Positions 39,649 to 53,746 of a stretch of DNA of 64,000 nt are shown piece by piece. The stretch comes from Veleropilina oligotropha (taxonomy: Eukaryota), in NCBI GenBank assembly GCA_048128005.1, contig JBEUKZ010000099.1:1-64000 (forward strand). Direction: 5' to 3'. A model generated the notes under the pieces. It did not search any database and was not told where the DNA came from. It saw only the letters and a program-made list of their open reading frames with translations. The stretch's first letter is position 1. Every line of letters begins with the position of its first letter. Both the position numbers and the translations under genes were made by a program.

Positions 39649-42120
39649 CTATTTGAACCGTTTAGTGTTTCTTATATATGTGTGCACAGCGTTCGTTATT
39701 GCTAGATTTGTGACATTGTTTAGATTTTCACTTCCGCACAATAACAATTCTATGCTGGGTGGGTCCGTCGCTATTCGTTCTAAGCTTTGAAATAATGTTG
39801 CTCTTTGTGTGTAATATCTGGGACAAGCAAAGAAGAAATGGAAGTTGTCTTCGATGGTATGTCCACATGGACACGATGGTGAAGCCTCTAAGAATGATCT
39901 GAATAAATGCGATTTTAGTTGGCTCGCGCTGTTTCGTAATTGACAATGAATAATATTTTCGCAACGTGCGCCCACTTTGTAGTAAGAGGGCGGACATTTC
40001 GCGTTATTTGTTAGACGTTTTTTAAAGAAGGATACTGAATCACTATTTTTTGTACAGTCTGGTAGTATATTCCATTGCCTTAATGTTTTGGGTAAAAAAC
40101 TGTTGTAATGTTGGGTTGTTCTAGCGAAGGGAATGGGTAATGGGTTGTGCCGAAGGTTGTACGTATGTGTTATTTCATCGGGAATCAGTTCATGGAGATA
40201 AGCTGGTGACATGTTATTAATCATTTTATAAATTGTTATTAGTCGATGATTTTTTCTACGAGTCTTGAGAGGTTCCCAACCAAGTTCTACATATAATTTA
40301 TTGTGAATGGTCCCTCGCTGCAAACCCGTTATAATTCGAGCTGCCTCTAGTTGAACATTCTCAATCTTAGTTTCTTCGTATTCAGTACAGTTGTCCCATA
40401 ATATATCATTATGTTCAATAATTGGACGTATAAACACAATGTATATTTTTTCGAGTGAGTTTCGATTGAGATAGTATTTTAATTTGCGAAGTATCGCAAT
40501 GCGTGCGGTTGCTTTCAGGTATATTTTATTGATATGTAAATTCCATTTTCCATCAGATTGTAAGGTAAGTCCTAGATGTGTATGACTATCAAATTCATTT
40601 ACTGGTTGATTGTTAAAATTTAACGGTGGGTAGATGATATTTCGACGTCGCGTGAATATAATTGACTCGGTTTTAGTCTCGTTAAACCTTACATCCCATT
40701 TTTTGGCCCACTCATCTATTGCCAAAAGGTCATCCTGCAAAAAGTCTGCAGCTTCTTGTGGATTATCAGAGACAACATACAATGAAGTGTCATCTGCAAA
40801 TAGTTTGATATTTTGTAGCACGTTATGTGTTATGTCGTTGATGTAAATTAGAAAAAGCAAGGGCCCAAGCACGGAGCCTTGGGGGACACCAGCGTTTGTT
40901 GGTAATATTGTTGAGTTAAACCCTTCAATTACGACCTTCTGTTGTCTAGAGTTAAGATAGTCTGAGAACCAATCTACTAATTGGTGGCATATGCCGATGG
41001 ATTTAAGTTTATGTATTAGGCCTTTATGCCACACCCGATCGAATGCTTTACTTATATCGAAGAAGATAAACCGCACATCTTTACCTTGGTCCATGCTTTC
41101 TATTATGGTATTATATATTGACAGAAGTTGGTTGGTGGTAGAGTCTCCAGGCAGAAAGCCAGATTGATGAATTGAGAGGATATTTGTTGACTGTAAATAG
41201 TTTAGTAGGTGTTTTGAAATTATCTTTTCAAACAATTTACCAATACATGATGTTAAGGCTATAGGTCGGTAATTTTTTGCTTCAGACTTATCTCCTTTAC
41301 CCTTGTATATGGGGGTAACATTAGAAATTTTCCAGGCTTGGGGGACAGTGCGTAATTTTAAAGATAGGTTAAAAAGCATGCATAGTGGTTTTGTTAGTTG
41401 TTTTCGGAATAGTTTTAATATTCGGGGGGGAATTTCATCAGGTCCGCTTGGTTTATCAATATTTAATAAGGAGAGCTGGTCTAAGACCTCTTCTTCCGTT
41501 ATATCAAATTGCTGCAATTGAGATTGGCATGCTATGGGTTCATTAGGGATATCTGGCTCTCCGTCAATTGTTGATATATCGGCAAAATATCTATTCAAAG
41601 CGTTTGCCTTATCAATAGGGTGAAAATGTGTAACTTGTCCTGTTTTTATAGGAGGAATATTTGGTGGAGAAGGTTTAAATTTTGTAACTTTATTTACAAG
41701 CTTCCACCAATCAGCCGATGATGAATGTTCTGATATGTTGTTACATGCGTGTTCAAAATACCTTTCTTTTGCCGTTCTGATTTTAGTAACAGTTTCATTA
41801 CGTATAATTTTGTATCTTTGCCAGTAATGCACATTTTGGGTTGCTTTAAAATTTCTATACATTCGGTTTCGTTTTCTAATTAAACGTCTTATTTCGTTAT
41901 TTACAAATGGTTTGTCATTTGGTCTAATGGTGATAACTTTATTTGGAATATTTGCAATCATTTGATTAGATATGGCATCAGATACATGTCTGTTCGCATC
42001 GTCAATGTTTGTAATATTATCTTCGTTCAATATGACATTCCAATCACAAGTTCTGAGACCATTTGCTAGATTTTCAGTGTTAATATTATTATAATCCCAG
42101 ATTTTGCGTTTGAATGACAT
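39649..42120 (-). CDS. LINE ORF2 reverse transcriptase (823-aa open fragment)
   Basis: [52 protein letters not shown]-terminal CPCG..HFFFAC. The frame continues upstream through the endonuclease end (CIDLF..SDHSPI). Confidence 0.95.
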   Translation of the reverse strand: MSFKRKIWDYNNINTENLANGLRTCDWNVILNEDNITNIDDANRHVSDAISNQMIANIPNKVITIRPNDKPFVNNEIRRLIRKRNRMYRNFKATQNVHYWQRYKIIRNETVTKIRTAKERYFEHACNNISEHSSSADWWKLVNKVTKFKPSPPNIPPIKTGQVTHFHPIDKANALNRYFADISTIDGEPDIPNEPIACQSQLQQFDITEEEVLDQLSLLNIDKPSGPDEIPPRILKLFRKQLTKPLCMLFNLSLKLRTVPQAWKISNVTPIYKGKGDKSEAKNYRPIALTSCIGKLFEKIISKHLLNYLQSTNILSIHQSGFLPGDSTTNQLLSIYNTIIESMDQGKDVRFIFFDISKAFDRVWHKGLIHKLKSIGICHQLVDWFSDYLNSRQQKVVIEGFNSTILPTNAGVPQGSVLGPLLFLIYINDITHNVLQNIKLFADDTSLYVVSDNPQEAADFLQDDLLAIDEWAKKWDVRFNETKTESIIFTRRRNIIYPPLNFNNQPVNEFDSHTHLGLTLQSDGKWNLHINKIYLKATARIAILRKLKYYLNRNSLEKIYIVFIRPIIEHNDILWDNCTEYEETKIENVQLEAARIITGLQRGTIHNKLYVELGWEPLKTRRKNHRLITIYKMINNMSPAYLHELIPDEITHTYNLRHNPLPIPFARTTQHYNSFLPKTLRQWNILPDCTKNSDSVSFFKKRLTNNAKCPPSYYKVGARCENIIHCQLRNSASQLKSHLFRSFLEASPSCPCGHTIEDNFHFFFACPRYYTQRATLFQSLERIATDPPSIELLLCGSENLNNVTNLAITNAVHTYIRNTKRFK

Positions 42121-42532
42121 TTTTTTCGGTGATTTAAGTGTTAGTTCTAACGATATGGGAGAATGGTCGCTGCAGAAGGGTGGGTGGACAGCTGTGCAGG
42201 TTACAATATTTTCGTTAGATGTCAGAAAAAGATCAATGCAGGTGGAGGTACGTGGTGTAATTCTGGTTGCCGAGTGTATCAGATTTTTAAGATGTTTAAG
42301 TTAATTGCCTGTGAAGTTAATTGCCTATACTAAAAAAACATCATTGCACCGCACTAATTAGGTACGTCTTTTGTTATGTGACTGTCAATCAAAATCGCAG
42401 TCTTGTTTCCACAATTTGCCAACCAATCATATTGTTTATAGTGTCGATTCCTCGATGTTCCCTGTCCGCTCCTAAAATCAGAAATGGGCTCGTCCCCGCC
42501 TGTCGCATTTTATAGTGCACCCCGGCTTTTAA

Positions 42533-43229
42533 AGGTCAAATACGGCAGTGGGACATACAATTAGTCATTCCATCGTTTTACATTATCTAATATTCAAATA
42601 AACACTTTCTGAAAAATTTGTCATCGAAAAATATGTTTAGATGTTCTTTATAATTAAATACATGTCACGGCCATCGAATGTGGTCACGGCCATCGAATGT
42701 GATAATCGCCAGTATGCCGTCATAACAGTGATTGATTGATTGGTTGGTGAAGCTCGTGTGAAAACAAATTCGTGGCAGGAAAATTCCCTGAGTTCAGAGC
42801 AATTTGTGTGAAGATTATCAGCATAGAATAGTATACTTATGAATGCTAATGGAAATGCATTTATGTGTAATGTACTTATTTGATTATCAAAACTGCCGTA
42901 ATATACATGTTTTTAATCTTGTGCGATTTATATTTGCAATGACATGAGTCCTATTGAATGTGGCACGAGTTATCACGATCTTCGCACTAATTGTCCTAGC
43001 ATGAGCTGTCATGATTATGGACGGTTTTGCGGTCATAATCGCTTGCAAGGTCACAGGTCACGAAGAAAGTTTCGCTGGACACGCCCAACTTATATGACAA
43101 TTTTAAACAATAGTATTTTGGTGTAATTTCAATATTTTTTTTGTTTTAACTGGCTTAGCATATATTTATTGTTTATATAATCATAATTCTAGTACGAATA
43201 TACGATTTTATGACTGCCATATTTAACCT
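42533..43229. mobile_element. Kolobok-like non-autonomous element, copy 2
   Basis: TTAA|aggtcaaatacggcagt ... actgccatatttaacct|TTAA; matches 7856-8563. Confidence 0.8.
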
Positions 43230-43347
43230 TTAAGGGCTTCTGCCGGGCGCGAAACGAGATAATCTCGCATCGTGTCAAATCCTTCGTTCGGGTCATCTGC
43301 CGGGCGCGACACGAGTTAATCTCGCATCGTGTGAAATCCTTCGTTAA

Positions 43348-44294
43348 ATATGCAGGATCTACTTCAGATCGCTAAAACGTATTTAAATGCTGTTCTATCT
43401 TACACTTTCTGCATTGATTTATTGCATATAGTTAGGACGTTTCAGCGATTATCACACACGGCAAAATTGGTTTTCACTTAGTAATAAATTTTTTTTATTG
43501 AATTATGAGCGCGCGCTCATAATTCGAGCCGATTGTATACGAGATTTGTACGGAAATGAACGACGGCTTGGCGGAATCAACACGTCACTTAGCTCCGCCC
43601 TAAAATCACTCCCGCGATCTTTTATACCGGGTCATTACTAGGTCGTCCTTGTCTGAGTTTTGTTTATATCGGTTTCCATGGCGGATGTCGACAAGAGAAA
43701 TAGAGGCAGGCCGCCGTTATCGAATGTGACTGCTTCCGATTATAAAATGGATGTATGCGAAAAATTTGAAATAATAAATAAAGCGATCAATGAAAATTGG
43801 ATGTGGCTACTTCATCTTGTAAACAAACAGTGAAGCACTTGAAACAGTGAATGCCCATGCCATTACAATGTCGCGGTGCGCAATAGGCCTAATTAGTTGG
43901 TGAAATAAATATGGTTATTATGTTAGTATTGCTGCCATATACTACAATTATGAGAAACTAGCTATATGTTTCAATGCAATACATCAATTTCAGCGAACCG
44001 CTAATAAACACTGACCTAGCTGCAACGCCATTTGCTTGCTCTGCACGTTGTCAATCAAATCGACGGGACCACGTGACGTTCGACCCAATAACGATAAATG
44101 AGATAAGATGGCTTCGGAGGTTGACGCACTCGAATAAAATACCACGTCGGCTAAAGCGATTATTAAATGCTAGCAACACCTTTTGTTGCATTTTAACTTT
44201 TCCTTCGTCCTAAAAACATGTCATGTATGGATACCATATCGTATTTATGGTTTTCTTTTATATTAAATATCATACGAATGTAGATTCAGCATCT
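43348..44294. mobile_element. Second Kolobok-like family element
   Basis: TTAA|atatgcaggatctac ... gtagattcagcatct|TTAA. Its left end recurs inverted at about 48378-48555. Confidence 0.7.
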
Positions 44295-44524
44295 TTAAGG
44301 GCTTCTGCTGAGCGTGACCTGAGTTAATCTCATACAAACGAGTTTTAATTGGCATTAATACCACTCCCATCTCAAATAACAGTTTCTCGATCAAATCATT
44401 ACAACTCATATGAAATATTTCATTTTATTCGATGCAAAAAACATCTCATTCAATATAGTTGACATATTCGCATTTAAAAGCACATGCTCCGGCTACAGCA
44501 TCACTTTAACCTACAAGAAATCCT

Positions 44525-45043
44525 TTAATTGTGATTATAACATTTCTTATGACGCACTAAAGCGCTATTGTACGTGAACGATCTTCCACATTCATTGCAT
44601 TTAAAGGGGCGATAACCCCGGTGATTGTTCACGTGTCCAATATATGTTGTCTTGTGATTAAACGGTCTGTTGCAGTATGGGCAATGGTAGCGAAATACAT
44701 CTGCGTGGGTTTTTTCGTGCTCGGCGCGATTGGAGTACGAAACAAACGTTGTGCTGCACGTTCGACATACAATCTTGTCATGGAGCGAAATATGCGACAC
44801 AAAATCCTCTCGAACGTTAGTTTTGAAGGAACACACGGTACATGGAAACAACTCGTGTTGAATGCTTGAAGAATTTTCATCAGAATCTGTCGTTTCTTGT
44901 GAAATACGTGGCTTCCGTAATCTTGAACTTGTCCTATTACTTTTTAGAATGTCCATTGTCCACAAATGCGATTTGTCATCCAAAGAGTCATATACGTCTA
45001 TGTCAGTCATCCAATCTCTGCTGTGCTGCCCAGTCCCCGGATT
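44525..45043 (-). CDS. Zinc-finger terminal exon, cassette 5 (4 fingers)
   Basis: actgacccgtttccttgttcccttgcag|AAT, phase 0. CTVC, CRTC, CPYCNRPFNHKTTYIGHVNNH, CNECGRSFTYNSALVRHKKC, then stop. Minus-strand AATAAA at 44424-44429. Confidence 0.85.
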   Translation of the reverse strand, partial: NPGTGQHSRDWMTDIDVYDSLDDKSHLWTMDILKSNRTSSRLRKPRISQETTDSDENSSSIQHELFPCTVCSFKTNVREDFVSHISLHDKIVCRTCSTTFVSYSNRAEHEKTHADVFRYHCPYCNRPFNHKTTYIGHVNNHRGYRPFKCNECGRSFTYNSALVRHKKCYNHN

Positions 45044-45699
45044 CTGCAAGGGAACAAGGAAACGGGTCAGTGATAAAGCTACATGCTTTTCTTAGTGTAA
45101 ATATAAGGCTACGAAAGTCAATAAATTACATGCGCTTAGAGTGATTGTAGGCTATGTTTTTATTATCTTAAAGATTGGATTGGATCGATGCCCAATATCC
45201 TGGATGTTTACAACGTTCAGGTTCAATTCAGAACATGCCGATATCGTTGTGGAAGGAAAGCCCGGTGACACGGGAAACCCGCCCTCTCTGGCCAGCTACT
45301 AACAACAGTGATTAGTAACTGAACAAAAATGATAATACCCCAAGCAGAGATTCGAACGATTCGGAGTCGGCACCCGAGACCACACCGGAGAGGTCTATTA
45401 TCTCAGGTAACTGGTGCGTACTATTATACAGTTATCAATGTATTTCTACACTAATTCATGCCGAGAAATATAATTAACGGTATCGTATGATATATTAGAA
45501 AACCAAAAATCCAAAACACCATTTTTTGCATTAATTATAATAAATCTTATTTAATTATTTAATACCAATACCAATTCATTAATTATATTAAATTTTATTC
45601 AATATTTCTGCCATAGTATCCGTGATACAGCCAATAACAAAGCATACAATTATATGCCAAAATGTGGCTTGAGCAAGCCATATACACTCAATGAAAAGG

Positions 45700-45959
45700 G
45701 AGGGAGGAATTATGCTTAACGTCCTGTATATTTACAACATCGAGGTTCAAGGCAGGACATGTCCGTGTTATCGCGGGAGGAAACCCCGGTCGCCCGGGTA
45801 AACCCGCCCTCTTCGGCCAGTCACGGACAACTGTGATTCATAACTTGAACAAATTCCAATGCCTCAGCCAGGTATTGAACCCACTACTGTTCGCATTAGC
45901 GGAATCAAGCCAGTGAAGTTAGAGTGGACACTCTACCCACTGCGCTGCCGAAGCGGCTG
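45700..45959 (-). mobile_element. tRNA-derived SINE with a 12-bp TSD
   Basis: Minus strand ggcagcgcagtgg (A box) and ggttcaatacc (B box); tcaatgaaaagg at 45688-45699 and 45960-45971. Close copy at 55321-55577; diverged relatives near 18250-18440, 45170-45390, 46330-46560 and 54085-54300. Confidence 0.85.
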
Positions 45960-48900
45960 TCAATGAAAAGGAAAGAACATATGCACGAAATGTCATGAAT
46001 AGGCACTAATGACCTCCTAATACTGAATAACATCCGTTTTCATCATTGAATTACCTACAGATTAAAAGCATATGAAAAGACCGCAAATTTGCAAAACGGT
46101 AAGTTTTATATATGACACCGTTGCATCGGTGAGTTTTCACTGCAACCAATGGAATTTTAACTCAACATGCTTTTAAATCAAGAACAAAAACTCCGACAAT
46201 GTCACATTACACATATATAGAGAAATATCATGTATTAGTATTTCACTCAGTAACAGAATACTTCATACAAACGACTGCCATTCAAAACTATTGCATACAG
46301 TACACGTCACATTTCAAGTACAACAGCGGCCGCTTCGACGGTCGTGTGATTTCGGTTGTGGACTCCGAAAGTCACTGACTTGATTCTGCTGACGCAAACC
46401 TCGTCAGGGATATCACACATTTGTTCGTTATGAATCACAGTTGTCCGTAACTGGTCGGGGAGAGCGGGTATCCCTCACGCGATAATATGGACATGTCCTG
46501 CTTTGAACCAAATGATGGCTGGAAATATACAGGATATTAAGCATCGATCCTTTCCTTTTCCTTTTCAAGTACAACAGTAGCATAGGTGCAATAAAAGTGA
46601 GGAAAACCGCTAAATAATCGTATAGCAATATGAAAACCATGACTATTATGCGAAGTTCTTAAACATGCTATAGAGTTCACCGCCAGTGTCGATTAAATCC
46701 GTTCGCTCTAAAGAAATCAAAGTGCTGAAGCACTAAAGCAGTCGTAAAGATAAAGATTATCAGTTTTGCAAAATGAATAATAATATTTAATTCATATGAT
46801 GAAATTGATTCACGAAGTTGACGTCAACAAGACATCTAAAAATTTTTTTAGGTCAACCCGCAGGAAATATATTGCAAATATGCACATCACCTAGTTTTAA
46901 TGGCTTAATTATATCAATTTGTGCACTGGATGTCCATAGCAAGTACAACATTATTAATTTGGTTGTGTTACAATTCATGCATTTCACCCAGACGTTAAGT
47001 TTTTGGCGATGATTTCCAATTAACATGATTAATCCTATTTCAGATATTATTATATGATTAAATATTAATAAAGATAATATGAAATACAGTGGTGTTGAGG
47101 TTATATTTATTCATAAATATTCGTAAATAATAATTTTGTTGCTTACAAATACGTACACAGCGACGCTCACTTTGACATCGACAGCGAAATTGTAGGTGAG
47201 ACCACGTGACGGGAACCCTTTATATATATGTCAAACTTGCTAAATGAGCTGCAAAGTTATTTACAACAAAGAATTATTTACAACGTCCACAATATCCATT
47301 TGCTTGTAGAAATGTGAGGACGACGCTCGCTAAGGAAGGCACTAACGTCATCGCTCATAATATCTAAGTTATGCTATAAATAGATGCGGAATTCCCTGTT
47401 CTGTCGCGTACCATATGCACGTGGTCCCTTTCATGTCCGCGCAACTCTCCTTCGCAGAAACGTGATTTCGCTAAAGGGTTAGTACAATCTCCACGCATGC
47501 GCCGACTGCGCCATGCTACATCGATCTCTGCCACTGGTGATGGCACTACTTTAATTTCAATTGAAAATCTGTGTGATTTCCATGACGTCAATTGACCCAG
47601 TTGTGTTTCTGTATGTGTCCATACGTCGACACGTGCTATTGTTTATGTCGCCATCGGTGTCGATTAGCATCACCAAAATGCATTATATTCGAACTGCTGG
47701 CCTTTCTAACGAGTGACTCCCTCCCACACAAATTTATTTAGTCGATATTTAACTTTACTTGCGGCTAAATTAAATAATCTATTTAATAAGCAGTAGATCG
47801 CCGCAAAAAATTGAAACGGTCTTTCTTCACGCGTGCCCGCATCCATCTTGTTTACGAATGACATTACACATGTCATTTACAAATAAACTGGGTGTTTGGA
47901 GTGCATTTAAAGATAATCACTATGTAAACATGTGGTTATCATTCACAAAAATAAAGCCAAATTAAAAAAAATTAAAATGTCACGTCATGAACGAGATGGC
48001 TGAACCAGCGGTCGCAGAGATTGTATGGACGGACACGACAGGGGAAGGGACGCAACTCTGCTGGAGATTGGGGTTAGGAGTATACCTACTCTTTTGCGAG
48101 CAGGGGGATAACTCCGGGCACGAGCCGGAAAATAAATATTTACATGGATGTGCGAAGTATACTAGTATTTGGGAAAGATAACCGTAACGGATTAAATTCC
48201 GGTGGAAACCGATAGTAAAGCATACTATTGGATGTTTCCGCTATCCGTGTCAGTAAAATATTCTCAAGCTGGGGCGATTATACTATACCGGAATAAGCCG
48301 AGACATTTCCGTGAACGGACCTGTTATGTTTTCATGCAAAAGCACGATTTCTGCTCGAAAACCAAATAACCACGTGTTGAGCGCGCGCTCATAATTCAAT
48401 AAAAATTTTCAAATATTTATTACAAAGTGAATTTTTTTTTGCCGTGTGTGGTAATCTCTGAAACGTCCTAACTATATGCAATAAATCAATGCAGAAAGTG
48501 TAAGATAGAACAGCATTTAAATACATTTTAGCGATCTGAAGTAGATCCTGCATCTTTAAGGCTACATAAGGAAACAACCATATTTGGAAACAACAACACC
48601 TCGGCGACCTGGGGCTATTATCCCGTGCGGAAATACCCCTGTGAAAACAGATGTAATTTACATCTATTCTACGATTAAACAGGCGTATTTTTACACTTTT
48701 TTCGGATTTGTACAAACATTAACACAAAATGTTGGTAAAATAGGCTTACGAATACTTTTTAGATGTACCATAACCTATTTGATAGATAAATCGCTAATTT
48801 ATGCAATAAGCCGATAGTGGGAATAGCCATGCAAATGCGGCCAAAGCAGTAATTTCATTATTTCAATGCAAGTTACAGGTATTTTTGAAACAATTATAAT

Positions 48901-49392
48901 TCAATGATACAGTGATAGTGTTTGTTACTAAATAGCATAATAGATATGGGATATTGCATGTAAAGGTAACAAATTCTACTACAGAAGTTGTTGCTACTTG
49001 AGAAATCGGAGGGACAAGTGGTGAAAGTGACCTATATAATTGTCCAATGAGAAAGAATCAGTGGAAAAACGCAAAACGTGACTATACAGTCTTTGCTTCG
49101 CACGACTGAAAAAAAACACTTAAAATTTGTTCATGCACAGGAAACTACTTCGTATGATAGCTTCTATATTACGTGGTTGTCGTATTAGAAAAACCTAGGA
49201 TTCTTTTACATATTGTTGTGTTTATTTTTCCTTAATACTTGTATTAATATACCGACATCAGTTTTAAATATTACTACATTTTTTATGACGTTTTAGTTAT
49301 GACCACATTTGGAAATTAAGTCTTTTTGGAGCGGAATACATTTTTCCAAGTTATCATATTTGGTTACTGTTATTCCATGATAGTGTCCGTAA

Positions 49393-49737
49393 AGGCCGTG
49401 CCACACAGTAAATCAAGTCGCATACCTCTTGGTTTATAAATCAAAGTTTACCGTGTGTCGCCCCCTAATACTCAAGTTCGTAAATCAAAAGTCGCATGCG
49501 ACTTTTGATTTACGCTTTAGAACATGCTCTATTCCGTACAACTTGTGCCATGAAACTTTCCTTGCCCACCAATCAGATACCAGATGAAGTAAGTTCGCAA
49601 CCCATTCAACCAATAAAATTGCATGAACCTGAGAAGTCGCATACGACTTGAGTTACCGTGTGGCATAGCAAAGAACATACTACAAAAGTTTCATACGACA
49701 AGTCGTATACGACTTGATTTACTGTGTGGCAGGGCCT
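49393..49737. mobile_element. PIF/Harbinger-type MITE
   Basis: TAA|aggccgtgccacacagtaaatcaagtcg ... cgacttgatttactgtgtggcagggcct|TAA. Confidence 0.85.
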
Positions 49738-50155
49738 TAATGAACACCATGAGCTGGTTCTTTGAACCTAGTGTCAGCTGACAGGTTCTCCATTGTTCCA
49801 ATTAACAACCTAAATAATGGGTTAACCCGGCTCGCTGACAATAGATTGGACAAGTTTCCAATGGAAGAGTCGACTTTTATATCACACTCTGGAAGGCGAT
49901 AAGGTCGGCAATGGAATGTTTAATTAAGGGGTTACAGCTTGCAATTTACAATAGATTGTCATGGTGCGTATAACAGATAACACACTGACACCCATCGGCG
50001 TTATCTACTAAAATCCTCTCTCTGGGTCACGCTCGAGGCTTTATGTTAATTTACTCTCGTGTTGGCAGTATATTAGTTATTATATACAACGGCTTCACTT
50101 CAACATTAGAGATATTTATGGCGTGTTCGTGGATGCTCCCATAGCTCTGACAGTA

Positions 50156-50674
50156 TTATTGGACGCAACCCTTTTCGTGTCTCAAGCACGAGCTTTTATA
50201 CGCAAATCTCTTCCCGCAGTGAATGCAGCTGTACGGCCGTCTTCCTCTGTGCTGATTCAGATGGCCCACGTAGTGCGTGGTTTGTCGAAATTGCTGCCCA
50301 CATATGTCACATGTGTATCTCACTACGGGATGACTTGCCAAATGCTCTTGGGAACTCGCTGTCGAAGAGAAAGTCTTGTTACAGGGAGAACATTGCATGT
50401 CGTTCTCGGACACAGAAGAAGGATCACTTCCAATCTGTTGCCGAACGTGAACATACGGACCATCCTCGGCGGTTGGTACGGCCATGGTCTCCGAAGACGT
50501 CGATACATTTTGAAATTTGTCATACTGCAAGCTGTAGTCTCTCTGGTCCATACTACGATGCAATTCACCATAACGTTCTGACGACATACGCATCGCACTG
50601 GGAATCGACGGACTGTTAAGGCAATAATCACCCTCTTGTGTGTGTCCTATCTTCGTAGTAGCGCCTGTTATATT
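50156..50674 (-). CDS. Zinc-finger terminal exon, cassette 6 (3 fingers)
   Basis: tttatgttcaatttcag|AAT, phase 0. CSPC..HLASH, CDICGQQFRQTTHYVGHLNQH, CIHCGKRFAYKSSCLRHEKGC, then stop. Confidence 0.85.
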   Translation of the reverse strand, partial: NITGATTKIGHTQEGDYCLNSPSIPSAMRMSSERYGELHRSMDQRDYSLQYDKFQNVSTSSETMAVPTAEDGPYVHVRQQIGSDPSSVSENDMQCSPCNKTFSSTASSQEHLASHPVVRYTCDICGQQFRQTTHYVGHLNQHRGRRPYSCIHCGKRFAYKSSCLRHEKGCVQ

Positions 50675-51781
50675 CTGAAATTGAACATAAAGACAAATCA
50701 TCATTTTACAGACATGGGTAACCAACACTCCAACATGGCGTATATACTGGTCTGTTGACTACGAAGAGCAAGATAAATCGATACACACACCAGTTCCAAT
50801 TGAGATGCAAGATATCGCGCTGTTCGTGTTGTACAATGCACAAATAATTTACACTCTCGCACTATCAATAATAACGTCGGGTCGAATATCCTTTCATTAT
50901 ATCGATAGGGAGTAACATAGGCAGGTCCTTATTTACACCAAAATGTAAAGGCAAAGGTGGGAATTATGGTTTGGTATTTCCAGGAGCTCACACTACTTCA
51001 CAATTATGTTGGCATGGCGACAGTGGAATACCATCTCAACTCGTTCTGAGAGCATTACAATCAACACACACGAGAATCGCTATGAATTATTTCTTCTTCT
51101 TTTCGTTCGCCTCACACTTGGAGTGCAGCCCTCTGAATGAAATGGCTAGTCTTCCTCAAGGCATCCGCCGGTCCATACAACGTCTCTTGTACATAGCTGA
51201 TTTAAATAGATTTAAATAAAATTTGTTTGATCTTAGAAAACGCATCAATGCCACTCTTATATAAAACCCATTGTAGTTGTCTGGTCATCTATAAATTGCG
51301 TATCTATGCTATTTTTAAATTGGTTTAGAGATGTCGATTCTATTATCATCTATATTACTAGAAAGATTACATCATTTGTCGTCAATACGATTCGAGAAAA
51401 GGTGTTTTCTAGCGTCTAGTTGTGTTCTTTTTTGTAAAGCTTATATTTATGCCCATTGGTAAGCCTTTGGTTCATCTGGAAAAAGTAACTACTACTGTCA
51501 ACGTTGTCGTTTCCAGTAAACATTTTAAATATATGAATCATATGCCCCTTATCCTTCTCGAAGACAATTATGTGAGGTCAAATACTTTTTTGATATCCTT
51601 TTTATATTATTTGCAAGATATGGACTCCATGCTTACACTTCATATTAAATGCGGTATAACTATTTGCTAGTATATGCGTGTTATGATGACTTTTGGTTAC
51701 TCTTTTTCATTTACAATAAAGTATTTCCCTGTTTGGCTGATTCTGCACATTGATTTAATTGTATCTGAACCCCATTTTATA

Positions 51782-52591
51782 ACTAGAAATATCTTCAAAT
51801 AAAATGGCTGACGCGACGGCCATCATGGATCCGAAAACAAAAGGAAATCGTTAGGCGGCGTGTCATCATCATAACTAATGCGCATAGCAAATTTGAAGCA
51901 AATAGGAAAATACCTTTTCACTGTAGAGCACGCACAAAAAATCTCTTCAAATAAAATGGCCGCCACGGCGACCATCTTGGATCCGAAAACGACGAAAATC
52001 GTAACGTGGCGTATCCTCATCATAACTAATATGCATAACAAATCGGATAATAACTTTCATTGTAGAGCTCGCACAAGAAATCTAATTAACCAAAATGGCC
52101 ATCTTGGATCCGAAAACGACGAAAATATTTAGGCGGCATGTCCTCATCACAACTAAAGCGCATACCAAATATGAATCAAATCGGATAATAACTTTTCACT
52201 GTAGAGCGCGTACAAGAAATCTCGTCAAACAAAATGACAACCATGGCGGCCATCTTGTATCCGAAAACGACGAAAATCTTTAGGCGGCATGTACTCATCA
52301 TAACGAACGCGCTTACCAAATATGAATCAAATCGGACAATAAATTTTCACTGTAGAGCGCACACAGGAAATCTCTCCAAACAAAATGACCGCCACGGCAG
52401 CCACCTTGGATCCGAAAACGACGAAAATCGTTAGGTGGCGTGTCCTCATCACAACTGACGAGCATACCAAATTTGAATCAAAATTGGATTAGAACCTTTC
52501 ACCGTAGAGCGCACACAAGAAATATGTGCGACGGCGGCTGAACGATGCCTAAACCATACTATCCCCGAAATGATAAATTTCGGGGATACAA
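51782..52591 (+). mobile_element. HINE/Pearl-like element with about 150-bp tandem units
   Basis: actagaaat start, five units containing ggatccgaaaacgacgaaaat, 3' hairpin tatccccgaaat..atttcggggata. Confidence 0.65.
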
Positions 52592-53227
52592 TTATACATA
52601 AAAGGTACTGTTGTTATAACCCACATGCCTTACCTTACATTTACCGGTGCTGAAAAGCATTTACCAATCTTCAGACCACTTTACTAGATTATTATGTCAC
52701 TTTGAAGTTTTATGTATCTGCGAAGTTTTTTACTGTAGTGAAATTTTTAAATTCGATTTGATAATGAATGAACTTTTTTGACACGTGGTCGTATTGGGAC
52801 CTGTCCATATTATAGAGTGAAAAATTTAATGTGCCATGCAGCAACACTATCGCTGCATTTGATGCATGTGTATTTTGAACGGTCATTGAGAAAACATAAA
52901 TGAGATAACATATCAATTTATTCATTTAAGCAAGAAATGAAACACTAAACCTAACCACAACACAAAAATTTCATAAATTTAGCTTCAATTACAGTACTGC
53001 ATTTTGTACATAGTGCAGCAGAAACATATTGACTTGTCACGTTTTAAAAATATGAACATACACAAATTTTTCCCTTAATCATTACACATGTCATTAAAAT
53101 AAGAAAGTGATAACTATTAAAATAATCACGGGATAAATTGTTTGCGACGACCAAAATATTTACAAGAAATGGAGTACAATTCTAAAGGAAGTGTACGCAG
53201 TGCGAATCTATCATAAGATCTCGTGTA

Positions 53228-53746
53228 TTAATCATGAATTTCTTCATCAAATTCGATGCCTTTGGTCTCTGGTGATCGTGGTCCAGTTTGTTCGCAACAC
53301 TGCTCGTGTCTTACTGCCGAACTTTTGTAGGTAAATGCTTTCTGACAGAAACGGCACAAAAATGGCTTCCTTCCCCGATGATTGTCGACATGTCCGACAT
53401 AATGTGTTCTCTTACTAAACCCTTTCCCACATACATCACACGAGTAGAGGATCCGTCCAATGGCCTTGCTAGTCAAGGGGTGAGTCTCTCTAGTAGCGTG
53501 TCCGTCATTTCCGCGAACCCCGGGCATCAATGGATGCTGTACTCTCGGTGCAATCTTCAGAGGATCGTTCTTATCTGGAGAACGCTGTGTACTAGAAGGT
53601 GAGCGCTTATTGCCATGCTGGAACAATGAATCATCATTCTTGTCAAAACAGGAAGAAAGGGATCCAGTCCTGAGAGCGTTCGATCGCACCGTCTGTTCAA
53701 AGAATCCGCTATCAGGAACTCGGAAATTGACCACTATTGCATCATC
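53228..53746 (-). CDS. Zinc-finger terminal exon, cassette 7 (2 fingers)
   Basis: tctttgttccgtttcag|GAT, phase 0. CDVCGKGFSKRTHYVGHVDNH-RGRKPF-LCRFCQKAFTYKSSAVRHEQCC, then an acidic tail and stop. Confidence 0.85.
   Translation of the reverse strand, partial: DDAIVVNFRVPDSGFFEQTVRSNALRTGSLSSCFDKNDDSLFQHGNKRSPSSTQRSPDKNDPLKIAPRVQHPLMPGVRGNDGHATRETHPLTSKAIGRILYSCDVCGKGFSKRTHYVGHVDNHRGRKPFLCRFCQKAFTYKSSAVRHEQCCEQTGPRSPETKGIEFDEEIHD

Noticed and set aside
45840..45959. tRNA gene
   Set aside because: It has A/B boxes but no cloverleaf, is attached to a repeated body and has a TSD, so it is a SINE.
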